Shown here: positions 15,891 to 24,251 of the stretch, in pieces
Layout of the letters: every line of letters starts with the position of its first letter
Position numbering within the stretch: the first letter of the stretch is position 1
Assembly: GCA_039809675.1 (NCBI GenBank)
Contig: JBDHVO010000001.1
Location: 1 to 28,348, forward strand
Direction of reading: 5' to 3'
DNA: 28,348 nucleotides
From: Proteocatella sp.
GTDB taxonomy: Bacteria > Bacillota > Clostridia > Peptostreptococcales > Filifactoraceae
The notes under the pieces: model-generated
What the model was told of the DNA's origin: nothing
Seen by the model: the letters and a program-made list of their open reading frames with translations, nothing else
Databases searched by the model: none
Position numbers and translations under genes: made by a program

Positions 15891-17741
15891 ATGTCAATAA
15901 CATTAGAAACAGCTCAGGCCCATGCTAAGGACCCAGCAGTATTATGTTGTAGATTAGAGGCAGGGAATGTAATAGAAGTTACAAACCTTGAGGACCCTGC
16001 AATTTTCCCAGACCTTGTAGATTCTGGATTAATAGCAATTGATGAGAACACTCTTACAATTGAGGAGGTTCTTGGAGCAAAGCTAATCAAAACTTCTGAT
16101 TCACTTACTCCGCTTACAAGAGAGCTTCTTGAGGGAGTAAAAGAAACAGCAGCAGCTCCAGCAGCAGAGGTAGCAGTAGCACCGGTTGCAGCAGTAGCTC
16201 CAGTAGCTCCAGTAGCAGGAAACGCTGGCGTAGTAAGAATCCATATAGGAGAAGGAAGAGATATTAATCTTGAAATTCCCCTTGGCGTAGCAGCTCAAAT
16301 GGGAGTAGCTCCAGTAGCAGCTCAAGCAGAAGTAGCAGCAGTAGCAGCTCAAGCAGCAGCTCCAGCTGGACAAGAAACAGCAATTAGATCTCTAAAGAGA
16401 AGACATATAAAAATTGACAAGGTAGTATTTGGATCAGAGACAAAAATCGAAGGAACTACTCTTACAATAAGAGAGAACATCGAAACAGAAGCAGTAGCTT
16501 CTCAAGCACTTGTAACTGCAATGAAGCTTGAAATAATCACTCCTGACAAATACAATACTTACTCAGAAACAATCATGGACGTTCAGCCAATCGCAACAAA
16601 GGAAGACGGAGAGCTTGGAACAGGCGTTACAAGAGTAATTGACGGAGTAGTTGTTGTTCTAACAGGAACAGATGAAGGCGGAGTACAAATCGGAGAGTTT
16701 GGTTCTTCTGAGGGAGAGCTTGACAAAAACATCATGTGGGGAAGACCTGGAGCTCCAGACAAAGGCGATATCTTTATCAAAGCTGAAGTAACAATAAAAG
16801 AGCATACAAACATGGAAAGACCAGGACCTCTGGCAGCTCACAAGGCAATGGATTTCGTAACTGAAGAAATCAGACAAGCTCTTAAAAAAGCTGACGAGTC
16901 TCTTGTAGTTAAAGAAGATGAGTTTGTACAAAAGAGAAGACCAGGCAAGAAGAGAGTTCTTATAGTTAAAGAAATCATGGGTCAGGGTGCAATGCACGAC
17001 AACCTGATACTTCCTGTAGAGCCGGTTGGAATCCTTGGAGGACATCCAAACGTTGACCTTGGAAACCTTCCAGTAGTTCTTTCTCCGCTTGAGGTGCTAG
17101 ATGGAGGAATCCACGCCCTTACTTGTATAGGACCTGCTTCAAAGGAAAACTCAAGACACTACTTCAGAGAGCCGCTTGTACTTGCTGCAATGGCTGATGA
17201 TGAAATAGATCTTGTAGGAGTTGTGTTTGTTGGTTCTCCTCAGGCAAACTCTGAGAAATTCTATGTATCAAAAAGAGTAGGTATGATGGTTGAGGCTATG
17301 AATATAGACGGAGCAATCATAACTACTGAAGGATTCGGAAACAACCACATCGACTTTGCTTCTCACCATGAGGAAATCGGAAGCAGGGGAGTTGAAGTAG
17401 TTGGAGTAACTTACTCAGCTGTTCAGGGAGCCCTTGTTGTTGGTAACAAATACATGAAAAACATGGTAGACAACAACAAAGCATCTCAAGGAATTGAAAA
17501 CGAAATTCTTGCAAACAATACTCTATGCCCAGAGGATGCAATCAGAGCTCTTGTAATGCTTAAGACAGTAATGTCTGGAGAAACAGTTAAGGAAGCTGAA
17601 AGAAAATGGAATCCAGCTGTTAAGCAAAACAACATCGAAATGATTGAAAAAGCAACAGGCATGAAGATTGAGCTTGAAGAAAACGAGCAGTCTCTTCCAA
17701 AAAGCAAAAAGAGACTTGAAATATACGAGCCAGAGAATTAA
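15891..17741 (+). CDS. prdA: D-proline reductase proprotein (pyruvoyl-forming)
   Basis: EFGSSEG, GQGAMHDN, DGGIHALT-CIGPASKE cleavage site (Cys412, TGT 17124), EGFGNNHIDF; strong AGGAGG RBS. Confidence 0.96.
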   Translation: MSITLETAQAHAKDPAVLCCRLEAGNVIEVTNLEDPAIFPDLVDSGLIAIDENTLTIEEVLGAKLIKTSDSLTPLTRELLEGVKETAAAPAAEVAVAPVAAVAPVAPVAGNAGVVRIHIGEGRDINLEIPLGVAAQMGVAPVAAQAEVAAVAAQAAAPAGQETAIRSLKRRHIKIDKVVFGSETKIEGTTLTIRENIETEAVASQALVTAMKLEIITPDKYNTYSETIMDVQPIATKEDGELGTGVTRVIDGVVVVLTGTDEGGVQIGEFGSSEGELDKNIMWGRPGAPDKGDIFIKAEVTIKEHTNMERPGPLAAHKAMDFVTEEIRQALKKADESLVVKEDEFVQKRRPGKKRVLIVKEIMGQGAMHDNLILPVEPVGILGGHPNVDLGNLPVVLSPLEVLDGGIHALTCIGPASKENSRHYFREPLVLAAMADDEIDLVGVVFVGSPQANSEKFYVSKRVGMMVEAMNIDGAIITTEGFGNNHIDFASHHEEIGSRGVEVVGVTYSAVQGALVVGNKYMKNMVDNNKASQGIENEILANNTLCPEDAIRALVMLKTVMSGETVKEAERKWNPAVKQNNIEMIEKATGMKIELEENEQSLPKSKKRLEIYEPEN

Positions 17742-17764
17742 GAGGCAATAGGTTAGGAGATTAA

Positions 17765-18034
17765 ATGGACAAGTTAAGATACACCTCAACAGAAAACTAT
17801 GTAGAGGGAGTAATAGTAGAAATTAAGAGTGGCCTTGTGGCAATTGACATGAAAGGCAGGATGGGACAATGGAGAGTGCCGATGAGAATGCTAATATCGG
17901 ATTTTCCACCAGAAATTGGCCAGGAGGTTGGTTTCCTGCTCAGCTACCCTGAAGTTCTCGGTCCTGAAATCAACGAAAAATATGCCCAGGTATTAGAAAG
18001 TAAAAGAAAAAAGATTAGTGAAATGGAGGAATAA
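17765..18034 (+). CDS. Small conserved prd-operon protein (CBO2463/CBO2479-like)
   Basis: 89 aa between prdA and prdB with RBS AGGAGA; YVEGVIVEI..IDMKGRMG..PMRMLISD pattern. Confidence 0.75.
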   Translation: MDKLRYTSTENYVEGVIVEIKSGLVAIDMKGRMGQWRVPMRMLISDFPPEIGQEVGFLLSYPEVLGPEINEKYAQVLESKRKKISEMEE

Positions 18035-18036
18035 AA

Positions 18037-18762
18037 ATGAGTCTTACAGCAGTAAAAGGACTACAGTCAGAAATATTCGTGCCTGTAACACCGCCACCTG
18101 TATGGACACCTGTTTCAAAGCCGCTAAGCGAAGCAGTTGTAGCTCTTGCATCAGCAGCAGGAATCCATCTTAAAACAGATAAAAGATTTAACCTTGCAGG
18201 TGACTTTACATTCAGATTAATTCCAGGAGATGCAACAGCAAAAGACCTTATGGTATCTCACGGTGGATATGACAACGCTGACGCGAACAAGGACATAAAC
18301 TGTATGTTCCCAATCGACAGAATGCATGAGCTTGCAGCAGAAGGCTTTATAAAAGCATTTGCACCAGTAAACTTTGGATTCATGGGAGGCGGAGGAGACC
18401 AGGACAAATTCGCCAACGAAACAGGACCGGAAATCGCAAGACAGCTTAAAGAAGAAGGCGTAGACTATGTACTTCTTACAGCAGGCTGAGGTACCTGCCA
18501 CCGCTCTGCCGTGCTTGTGCAGAGAGCAATCGAGTCTGCAGGAATACCAACAGTAATCATTGCAGCACTACCTCCGGTAGTTAGACAAACAGGAACTCCA
18601 AGAGCAGTTGCCCCGCTTGTACCAATGGGAGCAAATGCAGGAGCACCAAACGATCCAGTAATGCAAACAGCAATCATCAAGGCTTCTCTAAACGCCATGA
18701 TGGAAATGACAAGTGCTGGACAAATAGTACCACTGCCATTCGAATATATAGCAAAAGTTTAA
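18037..18762 (+). CDS. prdB: D-proline reductase selenoprotein subunit, Sec151 (TGA 18487-18489), 241 aa
   Basis: MVSHGGYD, NCMFPIDR, VLLTAG-U-GTCHRSAVLVQRAIE. Joins track ORFs 18037-18489 and 18511-18762 in one frame. Confidence 0.96.
18490..18527 (+). promoter_or_regulatory. SECIS-like hairpin of prdB
   Basis: CTCTGC (18504-18509), loop CGTGCTTGT, GCAGAG (18519-18524); loop starts 20 nt after UGA. Confidence 0.65.
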
Positions 18763-18767
18763 TAAAT

Positions 18768-18799
18768 TTTCAGGGGCTGCAAGACTTGCAGCCCCGAAA
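18768..18799 (+). other. Strong intercistronic stem-loop between prdB and prdD, no U-tract
   Basis: GGGGCTGCAA-GAC-TTGCAGCCCC flanked by TTTC / GAAA. Confidence 0.7.
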
Positions 18800-18822
18800 T
18801 GAATATGGAGCTGAGCCTAGTT

Positions 18823-19578
18823 ATGGAAACTATAGATTTACGAAGGTTAGTCATCAGAGCTTTTCACATAGAAAAGATTGAGTTTGGAGACAAATTCAAA
18901 TATGATAAACGTGTACTTACGATTGATAAAGAATACACAAAGTATATACAGGAAAATCCTCTTATTGAAAACGTTACAATCAGCGTAATAAAACCAGGGG
19001 ATCATGACAGAGAAATTAATACTATAATGGACATTATCCCCATATCCACCAAGGTGCTGGGTAAGCTGGGAGAAGGAATCACCTACACCATGACAGGCGC
19101 TTATGTAATGCTGACAGGCTGTGATGCAGACGGAAGGCAGATGCATGAATTTGGTTCTTCTGAGGGCAACCTTAAAGACCAGATGGTGCTTGGGAAAGCT
19201 GGCACCCCTGGGGAAAACGATATCATAATTCATATAGATGTACTTATAAAAGGCTCAGAGGTGTATGACAGGAGGCTGCCAAACGCCTGCTTCAAGGCCT
19301 GTGATGAATTCATCCAGCAAATACGTGAGGATTTAAAGCTCCAAGAGCCAAAGCATGCCACAGAGGTTCACGAGTTTTATGATAGAAAAAGACCAGGAGC
19401 CAAAAAGGTTGCCCTTGTGAAGCAGGTCGCCGGGCAAGGTGCCATGTATGACCACCTTCTTCTTCCAAAGGAGCCATCAGGCTTTACTGGAGGAATATCA
19501 ATAATAGATGCAGGCAATATGCCCATAGTGCTATCTCCCAACGAATTTAGGGATGGAGCCTTAAGGGCTTTGGATTAG
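18823..19578 (+). CDS. prdD: Proline reductase cluster protein PrdD
   Basis: LRRLVIRAFH, EFGSSEG, GQGAMYD, DGALRAL; homologous to the central part of PrdA. Start ATG 18823 preferred over 18799, which lies inside the stem-loop. Confidence 0.88.
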   Translation: METIDLRRLVIRAFHIEKIEFGDKFKYDKRVLTIDKEYTKYIQENPLIENVTISVIKPGDHDREINTIMDIIPISTKVLGKLGEGITYTMTGAYVMLTGCDADGRQMHEFGSSEGNLKDQMVLGKAGTPGENDIIIHIDVLIKGSEVYDRRLPNACFKACDEFIQQIREDLKLQEPKHATEVHEFYDRKRPGAKKVALVKQVAGQGAMYDHLLLPKEPSGFTGGISIIDAGNMPIVLSPNEFRDGALRALD

Positions 19579-19586
19579 GAGGAAAA

Positions 19587-20054
19587 ATGGGAGTAGGACC
19601 ATCGACAAAAGAAACTTCATTACACCATTTTAGAGATCCGCTGGTAGACGTTTTAAGTAATGACAATGACCTTGAGCTGGTAGGTATAGTGGTCGTAGGC
19701 ACGCCTCAGGACAACATAGAAAAAGAAAGGGTAGGCACAAGGGCTGCTCAGCTTCTTGAGGCTATGAGAGTGGACGGCTGCATACTTTCATGTGATGGAT
19801 GGGGGAATTCGCATGTAGACTATGCCAACACCTTTGAGGAGATAGGAAAAAGAAATATTCCTGTCGTAGGAGTTACCTTTAACGGAAAGCAAGCAAAATT
19901 TGTTGTAACTAACAGATACATGGACACGATAGTTGACATAAATAAATCAAAAGAAGGCATTGAAACTGAAGTTGTAGGCGAGAATACAACCGACGAACTA
20001 GATGCAAAAAAAGCAGCGGCACTTTTAAAGCTAAAGATGAGAAAGAGAGTATAA
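19587..20054 (+). CDS. prdE: Proline reductase cluster protein PrdE
   Basis: MGVGPSTKETSLHHFRDP, DGWGNSHVDY; homologous to the PrdA C-terminal subunit; RBS AGGAGG. Confidence 0.88.
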   Translation: MGVGPSTKETSLHHFRDPLVDVLSNDNDLELVGIVVVGTPQDNIEKERVGTRAAQLLEAMRVDGCILSCDGWGNSHVDYANTFEEIGKRNIPVVGVTFNGKQAKFVVTNRYMDTIVDINKSKEGIETEVVGENTTDELDAKKAAALLKLKMRKRV

Positions 20055-20056
20055 CG

Positions 20057-21061
20057 ATGATTTTTTCAAAAGGAATACACGCAATTGACTCACATACAGC
20101 GGGAGAAGCAACAAGAATAGTAATAGGTGGAATCCCTAATGTTCCTGGCAAGACAATGCCTGAGAAAAAAGCATACCTTGAGCAGAATATGGACCACATA
20201 AGAACAGCTCTTATGCTAGAGCCAAGAGGGCACAACGATATGTTTGGATCCTTCATACTTGCTCCTACAGTAGATGAGGCTGATTTTGGAATTATATTTA
20301 TGGACGGCGGCGGCTACCTTAACATGTGCGGTCACGGAACAATCGGAGCAGTAACCTGTGCTGTTGAGACCGGTATGGTTGAGATGAAAGAGCCTGTTAC
20401 AAAGGTTGTTCTTGAAGCACCGGCAGGAATTGTAAGAGCTGAAGCTGCAGTTGAAAACGGAAAGGTACAAAGCGTATCCTTCAAAAACGTACCTGCCTTC
20501 CTTTACAAAAGAGACCAGGTGGTAGAGCTTGACGGAAAGAAAATAAAGTTTGATATCTCCTTCGGCGGAAGCTTCTTTGCCATCGTTCATGCTGATGAGC
20601 TAGGAATGAAAATAGAGCCAAACAACGCAACAGCCCTAACTGATGTTGCCCTAAGACTTAGAGATAAAATCAACCAGGAGATCGAAATTCAGCATCCAGA
20701 GCTTGCTCATATAAAAACAGTAGACCTTGTTGAAATCTATGATGCTCCTACTCACCCGGAAGCAACCTACAAAAACGTTGTAATCTTCGGTCAGGGTCAG
20801 GTAGACAGATCTCCATGCGGAACAGGAACATCTGCAAAGATGGCAGCCCTTCATGCAAAGGGAGAGCTAAAGGAAGGACAGGAATTTGTATACGAAAGTA
20901 TCCTTGGAACTCTTTTCTATGGTCATGTTGCAGAAACAACAAAGGTTGGCGACTTTGATGCAGTAATCCCTGTAGTAAAAGGATCTGCATACATCACAGG
21001 CTTTAACCACTTTGTAATTGATGAAACAGACCCTCTTAAGCATGGATTTGTTCTAAAATAA
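20057..21061 (+). CDS. prdF: Proline racemase
   Basis: DSHTAGEATR, MCGH (Cys91), DRSPCGTGT (Cys254). Confidence 0.95.
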   Translation: MIFSKGIHAIDSHTAGEATRIVIGGIPNVPGKTMPEKKAYLEQNMDHIRTALMLEPRGHNDMFGSFILAPTVDEADFGIIFMDGGGYLNMCGHGTIGAVTCAVETGMVEMKEPVTKVVLEAPAGIVRAEAAVENGKVQSVSFKNVPAFLYKRDQVVELDGKKIKFDISFGGSFFAIVHADELGMKIEPNNATALTDVALRLRDKINQEIEIQHPELAHIKTVDLVEIYDAPTHPEATYKNVVIFGQGQVDRSPCGTGTSAKMAALHAKGELKEGQEFVYESILGTLFYGHVAETTKVGDFDAVIPVVKGSAYITGFNHFVIDETDPLKHGFVLK

Positions 21062-21074
21062 GCAAAAACACTAG

Positions 21075-21101
21075 CGGCTGCTGTCCTTGAAGCAGCAGCC
21101 G
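21075..21101 (+). terminator. Stem-loop after prdF, weak or absent U-tract
   Basis: CGGCTGCTG-N9-CAGCAGCCG perfect 9-bp stem followed by AATCCTAATTATTT. Confidence 0.5.
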
Positions 21102-21162
21102 AATCCTAATTATTTACAGCAAAAAAAATCTTCGGAATCTTAATTAAAAGTTTAATTTTTTA

Positions 21163-21191
21163 TTGAAACAATTCTTTGTCTGTGATATAAT
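21163..21191 (+). promoter_or_regulatory. sigmaA promoter of the permease gene
   Basis: TTGAAA, 17 nt, TGaTATAAT (extended -10). Confidence 0.75.
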
Positions 21192-21235
21192 AAACACACA
21201 ATTTAATTGTAAATTAAATACATAGGAGGAAACCC

Positions 21236-22111
21236 ATGAACGTAGCATCGATATTATTAATTGGTATTGGAATACTATGCGCATTTTACGTGGTAGTATT
21301 AGTAAAAGACTTTATGGCAACAAAGGCAGCTGGAGCTCTTGAACCAGGAACAAGCTATGCAACATCAGGAATTATAGGAACAGTAGTTAACTTTTTTGAC
21401 ACGCTTGGAATCGGCTCCTTTGCCCCATCAACAGCTCTATTTAGAGCCTTCAAGCAGGTAGACGACAGACTTATCCCGGGAACCCTAAACGTTTCTTGTA
21501 CTCTGCCGGTTTGCTACCAGGCTTACCTATTTATGAGTGAGGTAGAGGTTGAGCCCTTCACACTTGCATCAATGCTTATTGCATCAGCAGTAGGAGCTTA
21601 CTTCGGAGCAGGTATAGTATCAAAGCTTCCAACCAAGGTTGTACAAAAGGTTATGGCTCTTGCTCTTGCAGCAACAGGACTAATAGTTATTCTTCAGCTT
21701 GTAGGTCTATTCCCAAGCGGTGGAGATGCAACAGGTCTTACAGGTATCAAGCTTATCATAGGTATAGTAATGAACTGTATCCTTGGAGCCCTTATGACAG
21801 CCGGAATCGGTCTTTACGCTCCATGTATGGCCCTTGTATATATGCTTGGAATGAGCCCGCTTGTAGCATTCCCAATAATGATGGGATCTTGTGCTTACCT
21901 AATGCCGGTAGCTTCAGTAAGGTTTATCAAGGAAGGCGGATTCAACAGAAAAGCTTCAATGGCAGTTGCTCTTGGAGGACTTGTGGGAGTTGCTATAGCC
22001 TTCTACCTGGTTAAGAGCTTACCGCTTACAATCCTAAAATGGCTGGTAGTAGGTGTAATGTTCTACACTGCGATATCTCTATTCTCAGCTTCAAAAAAAG
22101 CAGCAGCTTAA
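21236..22111 (+). CDS. TauE/SafE (TSUP) family membrane transporter
   Basis: About 8 hydrophobic segments with internally repeated FDTLGIGSFA / LMTAGIGLYA motifs; RBS AGGAGG. Confidence 0.75.
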   Translation: MNVASILLIGIGILCAFYVVVLVKDFMATKAAGALEPGTSYATSGIIGTVVNFFDTLGIGSFAPSTALFRAFKQVDDRLIPGTLNVSCTLPVCYQAYLFMSEVEVEPFTLASMLIASAVGAYFGAGIVSKLPTKVVQKVMALALAATGLIVILQLVGLFPSGGDATGLTGIKLIIGIVMNCILGALMTAGIGLYAPCMALVYMLGMSPLVAFPIMMGSCAYLMPVASVRFIKEGGFNRKASMAVALGGLVGVAIAFYLVKSLPLTILKWLVVGVMFYTAISLFSASKKAAA

Positions 22112-22159
22112 TAGTTAGAAACAGACTACACACTGTTAATAATACACAAACTATGGATT

Positions 22160-22190
22160 GGGATTGGCGCAAGCTGGTCTCTTTCCATTT
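22160..22190 (+). terminator. Probable terminator after the permease
   Basis: GGGATTGGC-GCAA-GCTGGTCTC (GNRA loop, several G-U pairs) then TTTCCATTT. Confidence 0.5.
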
Positions 22191-22223
22191 ACAAAGGAAA
22201 TTTAGCAAGAATTCAAAAAATGC

Positions 22224-22252
22224 TGGACAAAGTATAAAAAGTTCAGTATAAT
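22224..22252 (+). promoter_or_regulatory. sigmaA promoter of proS
   Basis: TGGACA, 17 nt, TATAAT. Confidence 0.75.
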
Positions 22253-22261
22253 CAACAGAAA

Positions 22262-22460
22262 GCTATGAAAAAGAATCATATTTGCAAAGGTCCATAGAGA
22301 ATGGGAGGAGCTGGAAACCCTGATTGGAGCAAAGTATGTCCTGCTTTGGAGCTGGAGTAATCCCGTTTTGGCCCGTTACAGCCCCAAGAGATATTCCCTT
22401 AGGAATAATTAGAGTGGTACCGCGATCCTTCGCCTCTATATGAGGAGGGGGATTTTTTAA
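22262..22460 (+). promoter_or_regulatory. T-box riboswitch, Pro specifier (CCU)
   Basis: AGAGA bulge, GCTGGAAA distal loop, stem CATATTTGC/GCAAAGTATG, CCT at 22340-22342, T-box AATTAGAGTGGTACCGCG (22407-22424), terminator hairpin with U-tract ending near 22460. Confidence 0.9.
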
Positions 22461-22509
22461 TAGCCAAAAATACAGGCTTAGGGCCTGAAATAAAAATTAT
22501 GGAGGAATT

Positions 22510-23955
22510 ATGTCAAAGAAAGCACAGCAGTTTGTAAAGGAAATAACACCAATGGAGGAGGATTTTGCCCAGTGGTATACTGATATAATCACAAAGGCAG
22601 ACCTTGTAGACTACTCACCAGTAAAAGGCTTTATGGTAATCAAGCCCTATGGCTACGCCCTGTGGGAGGCAATCCAGGGCTTTGCAGACAAGAGATTTAA
22701 GGATACAGGTCACAAAAACTGTTACTTCCCTCTCTTAATCCCTGAAAGTCTTCTTATGAAGGAGGCAGAGCACGTTGAGGGCTTCGCTCCAGAAGTAGCC
22801 TGGGTTACCCACGCTGGCAAGGAAAGACTTGAAGAAAGACTGGTAATCAGGCCTACATCAGAAACTATAATATGCGAAATGTACAGAAAATGGCTTAGAT
22901 CCTATAGGGACCTGCCATACCTATACAACCAGTGGTGTTCAGTTGTAAGATGGGAAAAGGCAACAAGGCCCTTCCTGAGAACATCAGAATTCTTGTGGCA
23001 GGAAGGTCATACCCTGCATGAAACCTTTGAGGAGGCTGAAAGAGAAACCCTCCAGATGCTGGACATCTATGAGGAGGTTGCCCAGGACCTTATGGCTATG
23101 CCGGTTGTAAAGGGGCAAAAATCTGTTAGAGAGCGTTTTGCAGGAGCTCAGGACACCTATACAATAGAGGCCCTTATGCATGACGGCAAGGCCCTTCAGT
23201 CCGGGACAAGCCACTTCCTGGCCCAGCACTTTACAAAGGCCTTTGAAATCCAGTTCCAGGACAGAAACGGCGGTCTTAGCTACCCTTACCATACATCGTG
23301 GGGAATATCGACAAGACTTATTGGTGGCCTTATAATGGTTCATTCCGATAATAGAGGGCTTGTGATACCACCTAAGATGGCACCTACCCAGGTAAGGATA
23401 ATTCCTATCCAGCAGAACAAGGAAGGGGTAATGGACAAGGCCAACGAGATTTATGACGAGCTGAAAAAAACCTTAAGAGTGGATATGGATGATACAACAG
23501 AAAAATCTCCGGGCTACAAGTTCAATGATGCTGAAATGCTTGGAATCCCAGTAAGAATAGAGGTAGGACCAAGAGACCTTGAAAATGGTCAGGTAACCCT
23601 TGTAAGAAGAGATACCCTTGAAAAGGCCCAGTATGAGATTGAAGGCCTGAGAGAAAAAATAGAAGGTCTTATGGCCGAAATCCAACAAAACCTGTTTAAC
23701 AAGGCCTTAGAGCGTCAGGAGGAGAGAACGTCAACAGCCTACAATATGGATGACTTCAAAAAAGCTCTTGTTGAAAATCCGGGCTTTATCAGGGCAATGC
23801 ACTGCGAGGATGAAGAGTGTGAGGCAACAATCAAGGAAGAAACAGCGGCAACTATCAGGTGCTTCCCGTTTGCAGACACAGAAAAAATTGCAGACACCTG
23901 TGTATGCTGCGGCAAAAAGGCAGATAGACTGGCCTACTTTGCAAAAGCTTATTAG
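22510..23955 (+). CDS. proS: Proline--tRNA ligase (archaeal/eukaryote-like type, no INS editing domain)
   Basis: EGFAPEVAWVT, RPTSET, TRPFLRTSEFLWQEGHT, QSGTSH, SWGISTR, C-terminal FAKAY. Confidence 0.96.
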   Translation: MSKKAQQFVKEITPMEEDFAQWYTDIITKADLVDYSPVKGFMVIKPYGYALWEAIQGFADKRFKDTGHKNCYFPLLIPESLLMKEAEHVEGFAPEVAWVTHAGKERLEERLVIRPTSETIICEMYRKWLRSYRDLPYLYNQWCSVVRWEKATRPFLRTSEFLWQEGHTLHETFEEAERETLQMLDIYEEVAQDLMAMPVVKGQKSVRERFAGAQDTYTIEALMHDGKALQSGTSHFLAQHFTKAFEIQFQDRNGGLSYPYHTSWGISTRLIGGLIMVHSDNRGLVIPPKMAPTQVRIIPIQQNKEGVMDKANEIYDELKKTLRVDMDDTTEKSPGYKFNDAEMLGIPVRIEVGPRDLENGQVTLVRRDTLEKAQYEIEGLREKIEGLMAEIQQNLFNKALERQEERTSTAYNMDDFKKALVENPGFIRAMHCEDEECEATIKEETAATIRCFPFADTEKIADTCVCCGKKADRLAYFAKAY

Positions 23956-24251
23956 GAGTTAGGTAAAAGGTAAAAGGTAAAAGGTAAAGTAGGGGCCTGG
24001 CGGCCGGAGTTGGTTAGTGGTTAGCTGACAGGTCTTAGGTTAAAGGCTTTTGGTTAAATGCTAGATGGCACTTGGGCAGCCAAAGTCATTAGTTAAAAAA
24101 GGCTATAAAATCCGTAAAAGCGAGAACCTGTCTGAGCGACAGGCAGTTCACAGCTTTCGGATTTTATAGCCTTTCTAGCTTTAACCTTTTTCCTTTTACC
24201 TAACCACTAACCAACTAACCACTAACCAACTAACCACTAACCAACTAACTT
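23956..24251. repeat. Intergenic nested inverted-repeat / tandem-repeat element, probably also a bidirectional terminator
   Basis: GGTAAAA x3 plus GGTAAAG (23962-23989); CTAACCACTAACCAA x3 (24200-24244) complementary to 24008-24024; 17-bp perfect IR at 24098-24114 / 24158-24174. Confidence 0.85.

Noticed and set aside
18037-18762. Two separate ORFs or a prdB pseudogene
   Set aside because: The TGA is the known PrdB Sec position (U-G-T-C) with a downstream SECIS-like hairpin.
23962-23989. G-quadruplex from four GG runs
   Set aside because: Only two-tier GG with 5-nt AT-rich loops, so low stability; better explained as part of the inverted-repeat element.
24200-24250. CRISPR array
   Set aside because: 15-bp units are directly tandem with no spacers and there are no cas genes.
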